DNA from: the human T2T-CHM13v2.0 reference genome, Homo sapiens
NCBI RefSeq assembly: GCF_009914755.1
Contig: NC_060939.1
DNA: 64,000 bases
Direction: 5' to 3' (one strand)
Positions 60,076-64,000 of this stretch are shown in pieces (within the stretch, counting starts at the first letter, position 1; every line of letters starts with the position of its first letter). Made by a program: the position numbers and the translations under genes. The notes beneath the pieces were generated by a model, which made no database searches, was not told the origin of the DNA, and saw nothing but the letters and a program-made list of their open reading frames with translations.

Positions 60076-61895
60076 CCCTAGGTGACAATTTTGGAAGAGG
60101 ACACTGGAAATCAATGAGGTCCCTGGCAGGGCCACTATAATTTGGGGTGGAGACCTGGAAGCCCTGCAGGGCACCTCGTGGGGGCCCAACCCTGTCTCTT
60201 CACTCCCCTGTGAGGCAGCCCAAGCTCCCTCTGTAGGCTTGGTGTCGGCACTCTGCTTTCCTGGAGGCGGGGCATTTTGGCTGCTCCTTCCTGAGCCCCT
60301 GTTCTCCCCTGTGTCTTTCAGTGAGCTCTTTTGCCCAGAAGACTCCCTGGCATTGATCGGCATAGGTGAGTGTCTCCTGCTTGGGTCATGGGCCATGAGC
60401 CAGACCATAGGGTTGCCGAGGGTCAGCATTTGAGCCATGAGGGTTTCCTCAGGAGGCGACCTGAATCCCCACCTGGGATGGGTTCTCCAGGAGGGCAGCT
60501 TCCTTGTGAATCTGAGCCAAGTAAGATGCCTTCTCTGAAGCCCTGCAGGGGTGCCAGTTGTGCAGGCAAGAAAGGGTTCCCTCAGCCCCAGGCAGGGCAG
60601 CGCCCAGCAGAGACTCGGTGGTTGGGTTAGGCCTCTAGGATGACCAGGCCACATGAGGGGGGCCACAAGGGCTCTGGGGCACAACAGGGGCTTCGCAGGG
60701 TCTCTGCGACCCCAAAGAGTGGTGGGCGATTCGGCCCATGGGATCGGGCCCCAGATTCAAAGATCACACCACACCCATGGCCCTGAATGGAACCGACCCT
60801 GTTAAGCATTGGGGCATCCCAGGGGTGCCACTTTGAACCTGGTGTGGGGTGCCGCTGTTTGCCTGAGGTTGGGTCGAGACTAGCTCCGGCCAGCACCTGA
60901 TGGTGGTGCAGTCCGGCCCTGAGATTAGTGGGCTGTGGGCCCAGGGTGCAGCCTGTGTCCCGCTGGGGGTCACCTCTTCCTTGTGGGCGAGTGGTGGAAG
61001 GGCATCCTCCTGAAGTGGGAAGGCCCGCTGTGGAAGGAACTGTCCTGGAAATTTGCCATCCAGGCTGCTTCTGAGCCATGGGGTCGCCTCCAGAGTGGCA
61101 GGGTCTTGGGCCCAAGGAAAGGAGAGGACACTGTGTTTCCCTCAATTAGCTGAGTGTGGCCCTGCTCTCTGTGTGGGAGGTGTTGTGTGGGGCATGGATA
61201 GGGACCCACCAGAGACAACACATGGCCCTCGGGCCCCAGGCTGCAATTTCTCAGTGCATGCTTGGAGACGGTCCTGGGCCTCCTCCATGCCCAGGGTCAG
61301 GCTGTGCAACTGTCAGGTTAGCGGCGGCATGTGGTGTCTGGGCCTGTCTACTTCGTTGTCCGTGAGCTGCTGGTGGCCCTAGCCCTTTCCCAGGGGTTCA
61401 GGTGCAGCCCTGGGGTTGTGTGGGACAGCCAGTGTGGGCAGTGGAGCTGCTCTGGAGGCCTGCTTTAGGGTGCAGCCTGGGTGTCTTGCCCGAGTGTAGT
61501 GACCCGCCTGCCGTGTCCTCACGGGGTTCCCTAGCAGGAAGGGCCAAGGGTCCCCTGTGTCTGTGACACGTGAGTGTTTCCCATGGGTCCCATCAAATGG
61601 GTCCACGGAGGGAGAGCATGAGTGAACTGGTACCCCCCACCCCCACCCTCTTCCCCACCTGGAGGCATGAGCCCCTGGTTGGACATATGTCCTCCTCCTG
61701 TACCCCCAGATGGCAGCGCTGGAGGAGGACTTGTACTGGGGCCGCTGGCCCCACATCAGTGTCCGTCATCCCGGCGTCCAGCCCCTGGTGTGCTGAAGCT
61801 CAGGCCCTTCCTTGTGCCCTAGTCTCCTGCACTGAGCTTGGTGAGCCCATTCGGATACTGCTGGATGCATGGGTCGGGAGGGAGGTGCCCTGGGT

Positions 61896-61979
61896 TGGGT
61901 CGATGATGAGAACCTTATATTGTCCTGAAGAGAGGTGATGACTTAAAAATCATTCTCAAAAGGATTATGCTGAGGCCCG
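61896..61979 (+). ncRNA. SNORD115-18: SNORD115 copy 18 (variant guide)
   Basis: All boxes intact; same guide as copy 17. Confidence 0.93.
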
Positions 61980-63025
61980 GCCTAGGTTAGAATTTTGGAA
62001 GAGGATGCTGGGATCCTGAGGTCCCCAGGAGAGCCCCTTTATTTTTGGCTGGAGACCTGGAGGCCCTGAAGGGTATCTGGGGGGCCCAGCCCTGTCCCTA
62101 TACTCCTCTGTGAGGCAGCCCAGGCTCTCTGTGTGGGCTTGGTGTTGGCACTCTGGTTTTCTGGGGGCGGTTCAGGTTGCTGGTTCCTTCTGAACCATTG
62201 TTCTCCCCTTGATTCTTTCAGTGAGCTCTTCTGCTCAGGCGGGTCCCCTGGCATTGACCAGCATAGGTAAGTGGATCCTGCTGGGTTCATGGGCCATGAG
62301 CCAGACCACATGGAGTGACTGAGGGTCAGCCTTCAGGACAGGAAGATTTCCTCGGGGAGCCAACCTGAATCCCCACCGTGGAGGGATGTGTTAGTCCTCC
62401 AGGAGGGTGGCTTCCTAGGGAATCTGACCCCAGGAGGACACCTTTGCTGAAGCCCTGCAGGGGTGATGGTGGTCCAGGCTGGAAAGTTTTCCTTCAGTCT
62501 CATGTGGGGCAGCTCCCTGCTGACATTCCGTGCCTGCGTCTGACCTTGAGGACTGCCCGGGCCACATGAGTGGGGCAACAAGGGCTCCAGGGTGCCACGG
62601 GGATTATGAGTGGGGCTCTCCATCCCCGGAGAGAGGTGGGCAATCAGGCCCATGTGGTCAGGCTTGTAGGGTTCGGTGGTGGGGAGAGCCAAGGTTTCCC
62701 TGGGTCCATTACCGTCACTGTTTCACCTGGATCCCATCACATGGGTCCATGGAGGGAGAGCATGTGTGAACAGGCACCCCTTGCTCCCTTTCCCACATGA
62801 GCCCCTGGTTGGACATATGTCCTCCTCCTGTCCCCCCAGATGGTGGCCCTGGAGGAGGACTTGTATTGGGGCCACTGGCCCCACGTCAGTGTTCGTCAGC
62901 CTGGCATCCAGCCCCTGGTGTGCTGAAGCTCAGGCCCTTCCTGTTGCCCTAGTCTCCTGCACTGAGCTTGGTGAGTCCATTCGGGGACTGCTGGATGCAT
63001 GGGCGGGTAGGGAGGTGCCCTGGGT

Positions 63026-63109
63026 TGGGTCGATGATGAGAACCTTATATTGTCCTGAAGAGAGGTGATGACTTAAAAATCATTCTCAAAAGGATTATGC
63101 TGAGGCCCG
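63026..63109 (+). ncRNA. SNORD115-19: SNORD115 copy 19 (variant guide)
   Basis: All boxes intact; identical to copy 18. Confidence 0.93.
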
Positions 63110-64000
63110 GCCTAGGTTAGAATTTTGGAAGAGGATTCTCGGATCCTGAGATCCCCAGCCAGGCCACTGAATTTTTGGCTGGAGTCCTTGAGGCCCTGAA
63201 GGGTGTCTGAGGGCTGCTGAAACCTGTCTCTGTGCTTGTCCGTGAGGCAACCCACATTCGCTGTGTGGACTTGGTGTTGGCCTTCCCGTTCTCCGGGGAT
63301 GGGACATACTGTCAGCTTGTCCCTGAGTACCCGTTCTCCCCTGTGTCTTTCAGTGAGCTCTTCTGCCCAGGTGGTCCCCCTGGTCTTGATGGGCATAGGT
63401 GAGTACATCCTGCTGGTGTCCTGGTCCATGAGCCAGGGTGCGTACGGTTGCCGGAGGTCACCTTTAGGCCATGTGGGTTTCCTCAGGGAGCTGACCTGAA
63501 TCCCCACTGGGAGGGATGGTTTCTCCAGGAGGATGTCTTCCATAGAAACTGGTTCCAAGAAGGATGCCTTCCCTGAAGCTGTGCAGGGGTGACGATGGTC
63601 CAGGCAGGAAAGGGTCCATTCAACCCAATGCAGTACAGCTTCTAGCTGAGACTCGGTGCACGGGTGAGGGCTTGAGGACTCCCAGGCAACATGAGGGGTT
63701 CCACAGGATCTCCGGAGGCCACAGGTGTTAAGCAGGAACTCTCCATCCTTGAGGCTTGCTGGGGGTGGCGGGATGGCAGCAGGGTGTGGGTGATCGAGTT
63801 TATGGATTCAGGCCAAGATTCAAGGGTCAGGCCCCACCCATTGCCCTGATGGGACCAACCCTGTTGTGCAATGGGCTGTCCCACTGGTGCCTCCTTGAGC
63901 CTGGTGTGGGCAGCGTGGCTTCAATGGGGTTGGGTCAAGGCTGAGCTCTGGCCCGCACCTGGTGGTTGGCCCTGGGAATTGTGGACTTTGGGCCAAGGGT

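Larger units (their letters stand above)
28702..64000 (+). repeat. SNORD115 tandem array; GC-rich unit of ~1.9 kb, 19 snoRNA copies, runs off the window end
   Basis: Start-to-start spacings of the snoRNAs: 1912, 2292, 1905, 1906, 1759, 1888, 1921, 1325, 1905, 1878, 2002, 1905, 1600, 2655, 1872, 1875, 1904, 1130. Spacers are collinear and homologous. Abrupt AT-to-GC switch near 28700. Confidence 0.98.

Noticed and set aside
29392-63109. CRISPR-like repeat-spacer appearance
   Set aside because: Eukaryotic DNA; the spacers are ~1.8 kb and mutually homologous; the repeats are snoRNAs; no cas genes.
28567-63944. Hundreds of 60-210-aa ORFs in the array, including recurring MMRTLYCPEER* and MLNRITLRPSLGENFGRGCW peptides
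   Set aside because: They arise from GC-rich repeats. The Met-Met and stop codons are simply boxes C and C'. Frames shift between paralogous units and no protein domain is recognisable.

Overview
Primate, almost certainly human, DNA from the imprinted Prader-Willi/Angelman region at 15q11-q13, within the SNHG14 (SNRPN/UBE3A-ATS) host lncRNA. There is no intact protein-coding gene. Bases 1-28.7 kb are AT-rich and transposon-derived. They hold two decayed ERV proviruses in opposite orientations (one with a recognisable 5' LTR and tRNA-Gln primer-binding site), an approximately 7.7-kb old L1 nested inside an older L1, five Alus, two Tigger-type DNA transposons, L2/MIR fragments and a DMAC1 (TMEM261) processed pseudogene. 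From about 28.7 kb to the end is a GC-rich tandem array of ~1.9-kb units with 19 consecutive C/D-box snoRNA genes, SNORD115-1 to -19 (HBII-52). Each sits in a short intron, typically between a ~130-nt exon and a ~45-nt micro-exon. The system itself is known, not new. The less obvious observations are: a conserved 5' splice site buried in the extended terminal stem of each snoRNA; a variant-guide subfamily (copies 17-19); a box-C-defective copy 7; a unit that lost its snoRNA; a MER11 LTR splitting a host exon; CpG retention at the array's leading edge; and a pseudogene ORF intact except for an ACG start. Repeat subfamily names and copy numbers come from recognition, not from a database search.
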